DNA of 64,000 nucleotides from Giardia intestinalis (Eukaryota): NCBI GenBank assembly GCA_000002435.2, contig CM018792.1; one strand, 5' to 3'. Shown piece by piece: positions 63,960 to 64,000 of this stretch (position 1 is its first letter; each line of letters starts with the position of its first letter). The notes under the pieces were generated by a model. It saw only the letters and a program-made list of their open reading frames with translations, ran no database searches and was not told where the DNA came from. The position numbers and the translations under genes were made by a program.

Positions 63960-64000
63960 GCAACACAGAAATGACGACATCCACTGACAGAGGCGTTTGT

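Noticed and set aside
23000-64000. Operon-style interpretation (Shine-Dalgarno sites, co-directional polycistrons)
   Set aside because: Genes alternate strands and each has its own AT-rich initiator directly at the ATG. The architecture is eukaryotic (a compact protist genome), so prokaryotic operon or RBS annotation is inappropriate.

Overview
This window is eukaryotic. It looks like a diplomonad, Giardia intestinalis-like, on three grounds. Genes sit beside AT-rich initiators only a few nt from the ATG. AGTRAAY-type poly(A) boxes follow the stop codons. Proteins end in the CRGKA tail. The first 22.5 kb is a head-to-tail, same-strand (+) array of one 3'-partial and eleven full-length VSP-like (variant-specific surface protein) units. 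Each unit is Cys-rich with CXXC motifs and an internal GGCY motif, and ends in NRSGLS, a transmembrane helix and CRGKA. After each stop comes the invariant extended poly(A) box ACTTAGGTAGTGAAT, then a GT-rich (GGTGATAGAG)n spacer. The units are patchwork mosaics of shared near-identical blocks. Two of them carry single-base homopolymer deletions. Most lack any in-frame ATG, signal peptide or AT-rich initiator at their 5' ends. Positions 22.5-64 kb hold ordinary compact single-exon genes on both strands. These include a flavodiiron protein, a katanin-like LisH-AAA ATPase, a DEAD-box helicase, a RecQ-like helicase, a Naf1/Gar1-like protein, a TMEM222/DUF778 protein, a PP2A B55 subunit, an NDR-like kinase, a CCCH zinc-finger protein, an atypical small GTPase, a 59-aa 2x[4Fe-4S] ferredoxin (absent from the ORF track), a UBA3/UBA2-like E1, a HORMA-domain protein, and several large hypothetical, coiled-coil, low-complexity or membrane proteins. 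I recognised no rRNA, tRNA, CRISPR array or transposon. Many ORF-track starts are GTG/TTG artifacts; the corrected ATG starts are given in the features.
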